DNA from: Octopus vulgaris
Lineage: Eukaryota
DNA length: 64,000 nt
Direction: 5' to 3'
Assembly: GCA_951406725.2 (NCBI GenBank)
Contig: OX597816.1
Span: 168,082,001-168,146,000 of the forward strand
The notes beneath the pieces are model-generated. The model ran no database searches and was not told the DNA's origin. It worked only from the letters and a program-made list of their open reading frames with translations. Each line of letters opens with the position of its first letter. The stretch's first letter is position 1. A program made the position numbers and the translations under genes. This document shows, in pieces, positions 1 to 12,784 of the stretch.

Positions 1-1
1 C

Positions 2-76
2 CGTGGCAACAACTGGGAGAGTACACAATACTTCAATAAGAGTGGTTGCTCTGAAAATTCTTTGAAGAGCCTTTTG
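2..76 (-). CDS. Slo2: Slo2/KCNT-like exon E (75 bp, phase 0 to 0), S3: QKALQRIFRATTLIEVLCTLPVVAT; gene continues beyond window
   Basis: Acceptor aaatttttcAG, then 25 open codons that align with KCNT [25 protein letters not shown] (recalled). Position 1 would be the donor G; the T lies outside the window. Confidence 0.85.
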
Positions 77-199
77 CTGAAAAATTTCAAAATTTCAAAT
101 AATTAGATTTATAAATTACATCCTACAAGGGCATTTGGTTTTGTCAAAAAGAACACTCTTTTATTAAGATACTGACCAATATAAGCTGCCATAAAGTCA

Positions 200-660
200 T
201 GAGGAGAAAAATTACCTTGTTTAATGTTAAAGGACAATACAATGATATTAAGCAGAGCCAGATACTTTCCAATAGTGTTTATAATTTTCTTTGATGTTCT
301 TTTCAAACATGCTTTTTGCAGCATCTCGTGGTTATACCGTTCCCACCACTCTTGCAGCAAAGGGATTTTTGCATCTCACAATTGCTCTAACATACTGTGC
401 AAAGATTTCTGTATCAGAAAGTCATGATCAATTTACTCCATCTACTACCATCCATATTTGTCATTTAGAGACTGTTACCAAATTTGTGTACTTGAATTCT
501 GCAATCTCAGGTAATTTCTCCTTCAAGAGAAAATTCAGACAATTGCTCCCTTGAGGCCAAAAAAGCTAATTGGTATCCAAATGTACAATGCTAGCATCAT
601 GAGCACAGTCAACTACAGCAGAAAATCTTGGACCCTGCATTCCTGCCAACACTTTCACAT
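200..660 (+). mobile_element. Degraded RTE-clade LINE RT fragment
   Basis: LETVTKFVYLNSAISGN resembles the RTE LEVVDxFxYLGSxIS motif, with stops around it. Confidence 0.55.
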
Positions 661-897
661 ATGCTATTTAAAAAATATTTTATGCATCTCACAATGTTGA
701 AATCCCATTTATATATCCCCTCACTCTTTATACAATGACAATTGCATTGACTTAATTCCTAAAGACTTGCTCTTTAGAGAACTGGCTGAGGATAAAATCC
801 CAAATATAAGGTTTTAGTAATCATTCAAAGTGATCTACAAATATAATCTTAAGTCATATGCTATTAATATCAAAATCTGAAAAACAATGGTCTAGAT

Positions 898-1006
898 CAG
901 TGGCTCCCAAACTTTTTACAGTGGTTCCCAACAGTAGTTCCCAATCTTTTTATTTAAAGGAGTTTTCCCATGGACCCATTTTTATATGCTTATCCTTATG
1001 TATGTA

Positions 1007-1053
<47 letters not shown>

Positions 1054-1389
1054 TAGAAAGACATAAATCTGGAGAAGAAGCACACTAAGAAGTAGAGTAG
1101 TGTATATCTTTTCCTGGTGAAAGCTGGTTTATGGGGTTTAACTTTATGGCACATTGTCAGACCCCAAGATCTGTTGGCCAATGACCCCTTTAAAATACAG
1201 ATGGGAAAAGTCTAGATTATCCCCCTTTGCCGATAGCAATTAGCAAAGGGAAAATAATGCAGACTTTTCCCATCTGTGTTTTAAAGAGGTCATAGGCTAA
1301 TAGGTCTCGGGGTCTGATGATACACCATAAAGTTAAACCCTTATGGACAGGCAACCCAGGGTAACCCCATAAACTGGCCTTCACCAGGA

Positions 1390-1437
<48 letters not shown>

Positions 1438-1517
1438 TTTTGAATTTAGTTCACAGACCCTCAGTATTACCTTTGTGGACCACTAGGGGTTTGCAGACCA
1501 CAGGTTGGGAACCACGG
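898..1517. mobile_element. hAT (Charlie-type) MITE with nested foldback element
   Basis: TIRs CAGTGGCTCCCAA / TTGGGAACCACGG and 8-bp TSD gTCTAGAt / cTCTAGAt. Confidence 0.8.
1111..1390. mobile_element. Foldback (near fully palindromic) MITE
   Basis: TTCCTGGTGAA...TTCACCAGGAA ends. Arms pair along most of the length, e.g. CAGATGGGAAAAGTCT / AGACTTTTCCCATCTG. Confidence 0.8.
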
Positions 1518-2303
1518 CTCTAGATGAAAATAAAAACTGGGAAGAAAGGGTGCAGATAGAACTTTGCAATAGATAGAAGTTATAAAGCTGTAGTTAGAAG
1601 AAATCAATAATTCTCTGTGCTGTTGTGGCAGCAATAACAAATCCAAATTGGAGATTTTTTTACAATTTTTACAATAGCTTTCCTTGGAAGATAAGATAAA
1701 ACTGCAAAAGAGTATGTAAAGAAAAATTTGGTCATTTCTAAATACAAATGAATAACTTCATGAAATGTAACTGTCATGTAATAGGCAAGCAAGTGCATTA
1801 TCACAAGAATTGTTGACTTGCATGTGTATGAGACAATTTAGTAAAAAGAGAAAGTTATGTTTGTTAGAATATTGTGAAGAGGAGAATATTTAATTCCACA
1901 TATCACACTTTGTCAGAGGATGAGAAAATATAAGAAAATTTAGTATGATAGAAAGACAGTGAGAGACAATAAATAGAGAGAGAGAGAGACGGGGAGGATG
2001 TTAAAAGATATGATATAGGGAAGGGGGTGACAAAAAGTAGTAACAAGATAAAAAATATCTGTAATGGAAGATGTAAAAGTTGAACTGCCAAGATAAGATG
2101 CCTGTTTAAAGAATAAAAAAAGAAATATAATATTAATTTAAAAAAGAAAGTAATAGTAAGTGGCATGCAGTAAAAGAAAGAAGAGAGCAAAAGAAGCAAA
2201 CAAGAGCAAGTAAAATGCAATAGAGAGAATTGAAAAGAGCAAGAATAAGCAAGAATATTGGATTAAAGGATAAGTTGCTCAATTAGTTCACAAAGAGTAC
2301 ACA

Positions 2304-2705
2304 GGTGCAGGAGTGGCTGTGTGGTAAGTAGCTTGCTAACCAACCACATGGTTCCAGGTTCAGTCCCACTGCGTGGCACCTTGGGCAAGTGTCTTCTACT
2401 ATAGCCTCGGGCCGACCAAAGCCTTGTGAGTGGATTTGGTAGACGGAAACTGAAAGAAGCCCGTCGTATATATATGCGTGTGTGTGTTTGTGTGTCTGTG
2501 TTTGTCCCCCTAGCGTTGCTTGACAACCGATGCTGGTGTGTTTACGTCGCCATCACTTAGCGGTTCGGCAAAAGAAACCGGTAGAATAAGTACTGGGCTT
2601 ACAAAGAATAAGTCCCGGGGTCGAGTTGCTCGATTAAAGGCGGTGCTCCAGCATGGCCGCAGTCAAATGACTGAAACAAGTAAAAGAGTAAAAGAGTAAA
2701 AGAGT
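2304..2705 (+). mobile_element. SINE family A (tRNA head, CORE-like CCTTGGGCAAGT, internal TA/TG microsatellite, (AGTAAAAG)n tail)
   Basis: A-box TGGCTGTGTGG and B-box GGTTCAGTCCC. More than 10 near-identical copies occur in the window. Confidence 0.9.
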
Positions 2706-3080
2706 ATTTAGAAATTGGAAAATAAGTTTCACTTTCTTAATCTTATGACTATCACAAGATTCATGACACAATATAACTTCACAAACTGAAATAGATTAAG
2801 AGGTTGCAAGTTTGGAGTGATCCTAGCTACTATCCAGGACGAGGAAGTTTGAATATAATCACTTGAATGTATAAAGGAAAATAGTAGTTTACATTAGTTA
2901 AAATGATTATATCATCTGATGAAGGACTCTTCATGAAAAAAAAAATTTGTTGAAGAGAGAATGATTTTGATGCCACTATTTATTCCTTAACATTCGGCAC
3001 ATAGATTATCACCCATATGTAACTTAGACACTTCATAACAAACTTACACAGGAACCTCAAAAAATAAAAGCCCCCTTTAA

Positions 3081-3300
3081 CCCTTTCATTACTCTATTTA
3101 TTTTGAGATGCTCTGTATTTCTTTCAATTACTTTAGATATAACAAAGAATTTAGTAAAATAACTTAGTTATCATTCAGCTAGTGTTAGGAACATAAATTG
3201 TGACTAAGGTTTGATGGGAGATTTTAATTCAAGACTTAAGAAAACAAGACATTTGTACTCAGAACCAGAGCCGGTTTCAGCCGGGTTGGTAATGAAAGGG
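3081..3300. mobile_element. piggyBac-type MITE (220 bp)
   Basis: TTAA TSD on both sides, TIR CCCTTTCATTAC. Same family as 11179 and 40188. Confidence 0.9.
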
Positions 3301-4040
3301 TTAATGGTAACATTGCAAGCTAGACTCCTTCAACAGTTTTTATACTATACTCTATCTATAAGGACATAAAATTCTGGATAACAAATTTTGGGCCTTGTGA
3401 TTTCTTATGCTTTCACATATATTGTTACCAAAATTGCATCAAAAACTTTGTGCTGTCCCTGTAAAACCAGAATATGCTTTCACCCAAATCAGATGCTGAC
3501 TATTTTCAAGACTCAACATTGAAGTATTGCTCACATATGTGCAGTGGTGTTGCAACACACACAAGCAGTCTAAACTGTATCCCGAAAAGGCATTGGATGA
3601 TTGGAAAAGATTCCCTCACATAAATTCTCTCTGCATCAGCAACCACTAAACTAAAAGGTTGCATATCCACTCCACTCAAAACCACTCAGCATCCTGTCTT
3701 TTTCCATGTCTCATCCCTATTTTGTCTCATCCCTTATTTCTACACTAAACACAGCATAATCATTTTTTCTTAAAGCTACAGTTCCTTTGAATTCCTTTGG
3801 ACCATTTTAAAGCAAAATTTCAAACTAAATGTCAACTGATTCAATTCCATAAGTATTGAAAAGCCTGCGAGAATTACAAGCACAGCTCTCCTGATTCTTA
3901 CTGTATAAAACTAGATAAACTGAGATTTTATGAAAAGCTTCAAATACAGCAATACCGTGCAGAACAAATTATTTTGACTTCAGTTGAAGCATTAGATAGT
4001 CTAATTTTACATTTTTTTTTCATTCATTTCTCCAATCTAT

Positions 4041-4232
4041 CATCATCATCATCATTGTTCGACCGTGGTCGAGACAATGGAATTTACCATGCTATGCCAG
4101 ACTTCACGGTCCATCACAGCATTACGGAGGTCCTGTTGCAGGATGCCTGTATCCCTGGAGATTACATCAGGGTAGGAGAGTGTGCACCCTCTGGTATTGC
4201 GAGTAGATGGCTTTCTAGAGGCAATTTCTACT
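4041..4232 (-). mobile_element. 5'-truncated RTE-type LINE 3' end with (ATG)n tail
   Basis: Minus strand encodes RGCTLSYPDVISRDTG...AVMDREVWHSMV, an RTE-like C-terminus, followed by GAT repeats. Confidence 0.7.
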
Positions 4233-5041
4233 CTTCTCCTCTGGAAGCCATCTACTCTCCAATCTAACCTTGAACTGACAATAGTTCAGTGATAGAATTT
4301 TATGAAATCACAGGAAAAAATGGATAATGCATTTTTTCAAATGATTCAATTTCCTAGATCTGGTGACACAGGACACATTAAAATCATTTTCCAATTCATC
4401 ATTTTGATTTAATGTCACCAAAACCTTAGCCCATATCTTAGATGAGAACCTTTTACCTAAGTTGCCTTCTTCTGAGCTCTAATCATCTTTCATATTTTTT
4501 AAGCAAACACTTCTTGTCAAACTACTCAAATGTAGCTGCTATCAATTATATGAATGATGAAAAAAAATGGATGAAAAATTTTGTAGATCAAATTTTAAAA
4601 CAGGGACTAAAAACTGCTTGTATGCGACACTGAAAATATTTCAGACTAAAAATCTAAATATGCTGATGCATGGGTACAGCCTATCTTTCAAAATATAGCT
4701 CATTGGCAGAAACAGTTTCTTCTGAAAAAAGAAAATAATGAATATTAGAAATGCTCTTTAGAAACAAAACTGAAGGAAACGGTAATAAAAAGTATTCTTA
4801 AAGCGGTGATGCCCCAGCATGGCTGCGGCCTTCGGGCTAAAACATTTTTAAGGATTTAAGGATTTAACTGAAAATACAATAATTAATACACACTGTATCT
4901 AATTGTATTATATGGAAATACATGTATTAATTAGTATCTATAACAACAACAATTAGTATTTAGTGTTTCACTGGGTTTTTTAGTATGTTATATAGCTCAA
5001 TTAGTACTAATGTATTTGTTTTTAAGTTGTTTTTTTCTCAC

Positions 5042-5150
5042 CTTACGTACAACATAGAGTTGTAAAATAAATTTTGAAAGCATTACAAATGACAGAACAA
5101 CTTGTGCTATCCATAATCCGAAGGGGCGGTGTACCCAAGCAACAACATAC
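5042..5150 (-). CDS. Slo2: Slo2/KCNT-like exon D (109 bp, phase 2 to 0), S2: YVVAWVHRPFGLWIAQVVLSFVMLSKFILQLYVVRK
   Basis: Acceptor atttacacAG and donor GTgaga. The WVxR..LW..QV pattern is typical of KCNT S2. Confidence 0.92.
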
Positions 5151-6259
5151 CTGTGTAAATGATAATAATATAAACAAGTTTTCAGAGAAGTTAATTCCCT
5201 AATGTTCATGTAACCTGATTATATCAAATTTTGATGAAACAGAATTAATTAAAAACAATTATGCTTGAAAAAATAATTAATAAAATATATCTGAATATTT
5301 GAATCTAATAATACTTCTGCCAACTTGCATTAGGCATGATGACAGACATACCCTATAGCCCATCTATATGACATCGTTTCAAAGGTAATGCCACTAAGGG
5401 TCACTGCTCCTTACTCTTGGGGTTTACTTCTTCAACTTCCCTTCAACAGTATTTAGAAGCAACACAAAGAATATTAATTTGGGATTTCCAAGTATAATCG
5501 CTTGAAGACGCTTGACAGACACCAGAATCAGTCAATAAAACTGACCTCAATACATGACTGGTACTTTATTTTATTGACCTGTTATTGTAGGCAGTGCTGT
5601 CAGAATGCCAAGAGCTGGAACAGAGACTGCAAAGCATCCTATTTAACACTATTCTTGCCAATCCACTGCTCTGAAAGGATCAAAAGCAAATTTCACCATA
5701 GTAAGATATGGACTCAGGTGCAGAGAATCAGAACAAATGTTGGTTGAACAAATTTGCCTATTCAATACTTTTATTCTGTGCATGTGCTTATGTATATGTG
5801 CGTGTATTTGTAGTACTGAGATTACTCACTGTTACCAATCAGAATTTCATGTCTACTGTTGAGTGTGTAACTAGTTTATGATTTATAAGATATGATATTT
5901 ATAACAAAATATTTATGAGTGTTTAGTCACTGGGTATAGAATGGATCAAATGAAAAGTAATGGTATAGAAAATGATGTAATAGAAAAATATAATAACACA
6001 CACACATACATGTAAAGTGAGTGTTTTTGTGTGCAAAAAAATACTTGAAAAATTAACTAAATAAAAGACTAACTACAAGTCTAATATTTTGAATAATTTT
6101 ATTTACAATCACTTCAAAGTTTCACTAGTTATCAGCTTCATCAAAAGTGTGAATTGCCTAACTGAAAGTACTGTTCATATACATGGGTATATACATAGGT
6201 ATTTTAAGTACAAAGTAATTGAAATTAGATCAAGTAATGGAAACTATGAAAATTGTTTT

Positions 6260-6705
6260 TTAGTGTACCTGCACACCTGCCACAGGTAAAGACTACTTTC
6301 TTCGTTAGTCATCCAGGGATTCCACTGCACTTCTTATGTGTCCATAGCTTGCACTGTGTACACCTTACAGAATTTCTTCTGACAACTTTTCTACATATTG
6401 TGCAGGGCCATCTTCCTGAAGGGATCTATGATTTGTTTATTTTCCTATTTATCAATACTTTGATTTTGGCTAGATTCACTCTAAGGCCCTTTGATTCCAG
6501 ATCTTGCTTCCATACCTGAAATTTCTTCTCTAGATCTGGTAGTGACTCGGCAATAAAAACAAGATCATCAGCATAGAGGAGCTCCCAAAGGCAGCTGATC
6601 TTAAATTACTCAATTATAGCTTGGATGACCATGATAAATAAGAGGAGGCTAAGAACTGAACCCTGGCAGACTCCTGTTTGTACACTAAACTCCTTGCTAT
6701 ACTAA
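6260..6705 (-). mobile_element. Degraded RTE RT fragment (same family as 18417-20303)
   Basis: Nucleotide similarity to the WELLYADDL and Cys-rich region of the intact copy, e.g. tcatcagcatagaggagctccc. Confidence 0.85.
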
Positions 6706-8583
6706 ATTAATTTAGCATTAGAATTCTTCAAGTTGTATAAAAATAGTTATTGTCTGCATCATTCGAAAGAGAAATAAATTCTGCATAAGGTGTAAACGAT
6801 AAAAATAATTTGTATTGTGCTAGTAACAAAATATTTTGTAAGAAATAGATCTTTTATCATCGGTCTTAAATTTATTTTCACCAGTGTATGTACATACAGA
6901 TATACATATACACACATATAAATGTATATAGGAATATGCTGTCTTTGAGAAGCCTGCAAAATCCAACCACTAGATTTTTCTTGCTTTTCTTTACTTGCTT
7001 TGCACACATCCACACACACACACACACACATACACACACACACACACACATGTATATATCAATGTTTTATGCTTCCCTTGCTGGCCAGGGGTATATGTAT
7101 TTGAGGCATGTTGCTTTACCTAAATGGGTCAGATGATTCAATCTCAGTCGCATTTCATTTTAGACTTGGTATCTACATTTGAATGGCCTTCTTAATACCA
7201 TCTACTTTACACAGTGCACTGGGCGTGGTTTTTGTGCCCCCCCCGTCCCACCAGCACTAGAGAGGTAGCCATGTGGTCAATACGACTGAACTTCATGACC
7301 CTAATCACTTGCCATCTTTTTTATAGAGTGAGACGTATGAATGATAGAGGCATATATCATACTGATGAGAGTGACATGTGATAAAGGGAAGTATTATCAG
7401 ACTTCATAGTGATCTTAGAAAGGAAAGTATATTCATGGCAATATAACTAAGATGACAAGGAGAAAGAGAAATCTATGTAACCTAAGACATTGACAGTGCC
7501 ATGTGATGATGACAGACAGAAGAGGAGTTGGGGTGAAGGTAGAATGAACTGGGTACATGTGGCCCAATGAAGCCACCTTCATGTAGGCTACAAGAAGGGC
7601 TGGAGGAGTCAAGGTAAGCAACTGGTGGTGTGACAAATGAAAAACAGGTAAGTTCTGTACCTAAATGCAGTACAAGAAGTGAGGGGAGATAGTCAGAATA
7701 GGTGCAGTGGCATCCTTTGTTACTCTGACTGGATGTAATGAACAATGAATAGAAGGGATCCTCTGCCATCCTCAGCCACATTGAGAGTTAAAGTGAGAAA
7801 TGAGCAATAAGTGTGAGTAAGAATGAGTGAAAAAAAAATGCAATATATAGTGAACAGAAGAGAAGCAATGAAAGCATGGACAAGGGAGAGCAATGTATGG
7901 GGAACAGAACAGCAATGTATTGCCATCCTTAGTCATACCAACAACAGTGTAACTGATAAGAAAAAGGAGAGAATGGAAATGAGTAATAGGAACACGAGTG
8001 TAAGAAGGAGAGATACAGGCATGAGCAAAAGGTAAATGAATGACAATGGTATGGGTAATAGACAGATGAGTAATAGAGACATGAGACAGAAGGAACAATA
8101 AACAGAGTGACAAGTGATATGGGTGTTAGATGGGTAAGAGGGATATCAAAGAAGTCGATAATGTAGGCTAGATAGTAGGCAGACAAGCATGTACATGTGC
8201 ACTAGAGTGGCCCTTAACAATAGGTAATTTTTCAAAAGTTACAACTTCATTTTCCACATGCTATGCTTGAATATTTAGATAATACAAGCAAGATGCACAA
8301 AACTTTCGGCAGAAGAACACTAGTATGGTATTTACATGTAGGTTGAAAGCCAAGCGTTTTTACAATAGATGCAGCAAGTATTTTTGTCTCTAGAGCCAGG
8401 TATTTTTGATATTAATACAACAAAGTGCTAACACCATATATCTAGTTCTTTTGTGTCTTTAGAAGAGTCTACTCAGTTGCAAGCATTCAAGCAAGATCTC
8501 TGGTTTGAATATAATTTTCATTCTTCCTTCCACTGGTTACGGAGGCTCTAAGAGGGTAATAAGTATTGGCTATTCTCTTCTGT

Positions 8584-8890
8584 GGAGGCACATGGCCTAG
8601 TGGTTAGAGCAGCGAACTCACGGTCGAGGGATCGTGGGTTCGAATCTCAGACCGGACGATGTGTGTGTTTATGAGCGAAAACACCTAAGCTCCACGAGGC
8701 TTCGGCAGAAGGTAATGGCGAAACTTCTGCTGATTCGTTCGCCACAACTTTCTCTCACTCTTTCCTCCTGCATTTTGCAGCTCACCTGCGATGGACCGGT
8801 CTCCCATCCAGGAGGGGAACCTATACACCAAGAAACCGGGAAACCAGCCCTTATGAGCCAGGTATGGCTCGAGAAGGAACAAACAACTAT
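8584..8890 (+). mobile_element. SINE family B (tRNA-derived)
   Basis: A-box TGGCCTAGTGG and B-box GGTTCGAATC. Related copies at 12785, 36162 and 45966. Confidence 0.85.
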
Positions 8891-9391
8891 TCGCTTCTGA
8901 TTAAACCATTCAAAAGACTGTTAACCCTTCAAGATCTTTAATTAACCAATCAACTCAGCCACCCAGATAACTCTCATTGTTAATTATTAAGTCCCAGAAA
9001 TTGCAATTTCATGGTTTGTGTAACCTAAGTTAAAAACTGACAAGAATATCTAATGACAAACAATGCAACTACTATAACAAAATATGCTAAGTTTAGAAAT
9101 TTATGTTATAAAGGAAAATATATTAAAGCATTGAAAATTGGATATGATCTAATACTCAATAACTCATTCATGGACAAAATTAATTGCATGTACTATTGTA
9201 TTTATTATAAAACTACTGTAATTAAAACAAGCTATGCTTTAAAGTGGCTCAGTAAAATTTCCAAAACAAATTCTTGTTCAAAAAAAGCAAATAGTTTATG
9301 GAGCGAAATATTGTGACTGTTGATTTAAAAATGGATATCTCTTATGATAAAAGGCAGTCTGCAATAATAGTTAAAGTAAAGCATATCTTAC

Positions 9392-9460
9392 CAGTTGATT
9401 GGTTTGGGGCGTGAAAGTTCTGAATGATTGCTTTCTTCTGTGGCACAAGGGTACCCATAG
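9392..9460 (-). CDS. Slo2: Slo2/KCNT-like exon C (69 bp, phase 2 to 2), S1-S2 loop: YGYPCATEESNHSELSRPKPINW
   Basis: Acceptor ttttgtttcatAG and donor GTaaga. TG|C completes Cys and TG|G completes the Trp of the conserved INW. Confidence 0.88.
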
Positions 9461-9848
9461 CTATGAAACAAAACAGTTTTGATTAGTTTTTAATTTCAAT
9501 TTGCTTAGTTTTTAGTTTCAGTTCAAAAATGATCAGTAATGAAATATAATTGGTATGTCGTTTACATCAGTGATAGTATATAATTAAGCCTAATTATCTG
9601 TCACACTGAAACACAACAAAATAATGATGTCTAACATTGGCACAAACCTACAAGTTTACAGGAAGGGAATGGTAAATTAAATTAAATATGTTCATCAGAA
9701 ATTAAATGAATTAAGAAATTTGACATGTACAAATATTTATTTCCCCCCACTGTATACAAAATATATATGTATATATATATATATAATATATTAATAAATA
9801 AAATAAAACATATGCGTATATATAAACATAGATGTACGTATATATATA

Positions 9849-9905
<57 letters not shown>

Positions 9906-9989
9906 GATAAAACATATATCAAAAAAGAGGCACATGCTAAAGAATAGAGCAGTAATTGTTACAACAAAAATATTTTTATATCTTGGACA

Positions 9990-10052
9990 TAGAGTAACCC
10001 AAGATTTCATATCCAGAAAGCCAAAGCTTTGTGGACAGTTCATCAGATTCTA
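9990..10052 (-). ncRNA. Degenerate type I hammerhead ribozyme motif (Penelope-associated)
   Basis: Minus strand: TAGAAT CTGATGA ...TCCACAAAGC-tttg-GCTTTCTGGA.. GAAA TCTTGG GTT ACTCTA. Lies downstream of the minus-strand Penelope RT. Confidence 0.55.
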
Positions 10053-10371
10053 TATAAAGACACAAATTTTAATTTTCTATGTTGCAGACATGAGGAAAAG
10101 CTCAGAAATTGAGAAATAAAGTCTTCACATAAATGTTAATGAGGGCAGGTTGTCTACCCTGAACCAGAGGATAAAACATCCCTTATAAACCCGAAAAGGC
10201 TTAACGAGCAAATGAAGAGATTCAATTTTCCAGTAAGTAGCCCTTGAAGTGGACACATTTAGAAAATACTTGTTTCCGACAGATTTCATATAGTCCTTAA
10301 GAATTTTGGCTTTCTCCATGATGCATATTTTGCAATGGCCACTTACATTAATATATGGACGTAAAATAATA

Positions 10372-10800
10372 TATGCACATAAAAAGCACCATCCGAACGT
10401 GGCCGTAGCCAGTGCCGACTTGACTGGCTTCTGTGCCGGTGGCACATAAAAAGCACCATCCGAATGTGGCCGATGCCAGCGCCGCCCCGACTGGCTTCTG
10501 TGCCGGTGGCACATAAAAAGCACCATCCGAACGTTGCCAGCGCCGCCTTGGGTGGTTTCCGTGCCGCTGGCATGTTAAAAGCTCCAACCGATCGTGGCCG
10601 ATGCCAGACCCCCCCCCCCTGGCACCTGTGTAGGTGGCACGAAAAAAGCACCCACTACACTCGCGGAGTGGTTGGCATTAGGAAGGGCATCCAGCCATAG
10701 AAACTCTGCCAGATCAGACTGGAGCCTGGAGCAGCCCCCGGCTTCCCAGACCCCGGTTGAACCGTCCAACCCGTGCTAGCACGGAAAACGGACATTAAAA
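10372..10800 (+). mobile_element. RTE 3'UTR-derived repeat (family D)
   Basis: Repeated GTGCCGGTGGCAC-TAAAAAGCACC modules, then GGAAGGGCATCCAG...GCTAGCACGGAAAACGGAC. Confidence 0.85.
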
Positions 10801-11178
10801 AGGAACCCTCAGGGTCAGATTTCTTGACCTATGTTGAACCTTTGCTGAATAGCACTGTCTTCCTGGCATGCAAGATAACTCCAACATCACTATCACTAAT
10901 ATCTGTGAAGTGCCTTCAACAATAACTCTTTAGAAATTGATGGATAAAAGTTAACAATGTTGAATTGTGTAAATCTAGCTCTGCCTCTGTCTCGGTTAGC
11001 AATAAACCATGAAGTTACCTCATTGGTGCTGCACCATAGCAGGAGGCTCATGTGCCTTCTTATGCCATCATTAATCTTCTTCAGTATATACTTACTCGCC
11101 TGGCCAATCTTGGACTTGGCCTGCTTGATCAGGCAGCATTTGGGGGTTAGAGGCAAAATTCAGCTTGTGGTCTTTTAA

Positions 11179-11388
11179 CCCTTTCGTTACCAACCCAGCT
11201 CTGGCTCTGAGTACAAATGTCTTGTTTTCATAAGTTTTGAATACAAATCTTTTACCAAACCTTAATCACAATTTATGTTTCTAACACTTGTTTAATGATA
11301 ACTAAGTTATTTTACTAAACTCTTTGTTATATTTAAAGTAATTGAAAGAAACACAGAGCATCTCAACAGAAATACAGTAATGAAAGGG
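11179..11388. mobile_element. piggyBac-type MITE inserted in Penelope RT
   Basis: TTAA TSDs, TIR CCCTTTCGTTAC. It splits the FITL/KDHK codons. Confidence 0.9.
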
Positions 11389-11740
11389 TTAAAGTAATAA
11401 AGGCATTTCTCTCGGCCAAGATCTCTACACAGTCTACTATACCTAGGCTAACTGCTATCTGTTTAGCATCACAGTTAATGTTATTAGAAGTGGGTGGGGA
11501 AGTGCATCTGTATTTTTGTGTAATTGAATCATTTAAAAGCCTATTGTAAGTGTGTGTATCTATCATGTATAAGTTCTTAGTCTTATCTGAGTAGATTAAG
11601 GACCTATTAGAGTTTCTTATTTGTTTTGTATATTTTCATGGAGTTTATTTTGAAAAGGGGAAAAGGACTTATGGAATTTCAGCCTGGGTAGGTCCTAACA
11701 TATGGTAAAACAGAGGGTTAACATTTGATATAATAAACAG

Positions 11741-11904
11741 CATAGTCATGGCTATGTGATAAGAAGCTTGATTCTCTACGACATGTTCTGGGTTCAATCC
11801 CACTGCATGGCACCTTGGGTATCTTTTATGATAGCCTCGGGCAAACCAAAGCCTTGTGAGTGGATTTGGTAGATGGAAACTGTAAGAAGCCTATGGCATA
11901 TGTG

Positions 11905-11942
<38 letters not shown>

Positions 11943-12158
11943 TGTGTGTGTGTTTGTCCTCCTGCCATCGTTTGACAACTGATGCTGGTGTATTTATGGC
12001 CCCATAACTTAGCAGTTCAGCAAAAGAGACTGATAGAATAAGTACTAGGGTTACAAAGAATAAGTTCTAGAGTCAATTTCTTCAACTAAAACCCTTTAAG
12101 TGTGTGCTTCAGCATAGCCGCAGTCAAATGACTGAAACAAGTAAAAGAATAAAAGAAT
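11741..12158 (+). mobile_element. SINE family A (diverged)
   Basis: Same head, body and tail as 2304-2705. Confidence 0.85.
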
Positions 12159-12195
12159 ATCTATCCATTTTACTCATATTTTGAATTCTGGGCAT

Positions 12196-12358
12196 CCTGG
12201 CATTAGGAAGGGATTGGCGTCAGTAAGGGATTGGCATTAGGAAGGACATCCAGCTGTAGAAACACTGCCAGATCTGACTGGCCTGGTGCAGCCTTCGGGC
12301 TTCCCAGATCCCAGTTGAACCATCCAACCCATGCTAGCATGGAAAGCGGATGTTAAAC

Positions 12359-12397
<39 letters not shown>

Positions 12398-12398
12398 A
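12196..12398 (+). mobile_element. RTE 3'UTR-derived repeat (family D) with (GAT)n tail
   Basis: GGAAGGACATCCAGCTGTAG...GCTAGCATGGAAAGCGGA followed by (GAT)n. Confidence 0.85.
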
Positions 12399-12784
12399 AT
12401 GCTGGCACTACATCAAGTACATTTGATATAATGCAAACATTATATTTTATTTTAATGTAATAATTGTATAACGTATATTATAATTTGTACCTTACGACAT
12501 ATGTATATATTCTAGAAGTCAAAAATTATCTGCACTTTCACCAAAACTTTTTTGAGCTGTCCACACTGTTTTCAGTGTCCACATGTTAAATTCTGGTATT
12601 CCTATGGTTATGTAACAGAAGTCTGACCTTGATCACTCGAGTTTTTTTTCTTGTGTTTGAGAGTAAACATTGTCACTCTGCTGGCTGTGTGCCCCAAGAA
12701 AGAACAGAAACCATTGAGATGTTTTCTCTGGTCTAAAGGTGTGTCACAAGCTGAAAAGCATTGCCATACACATTTCTACATGGT

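Larger units (their letters stand above)
10130..11690 (-). mobile_element. Penelope-like element RT fragments, interrupted by an RTE 3'UTR copy and a piggyBac MITE
   Basis: Motifs NAFITL|KDHK..F...PKCCLIKQAKSKIGQASK and FTQFNIVNFYPSISKELLLKAL are typical of Penelope RT. Confidence 0.85.

Noticed and set aside
2912-2965. CTGATGA followed by a hairpin
   Set aside because: No correctly placed GAAA, stem III or cleavage triplet.
4997-5209. 70-aa ORF as a stand-alone small membrane protein
   Set aside because: Only 5042-5150 is exonic; the rest is intron read-through.
8584-8660. tRNA gene
   Set aside because: The A/B boxes belong to a SINE head that continues into a repeated body; there is no proper acceptor stem or terminator.
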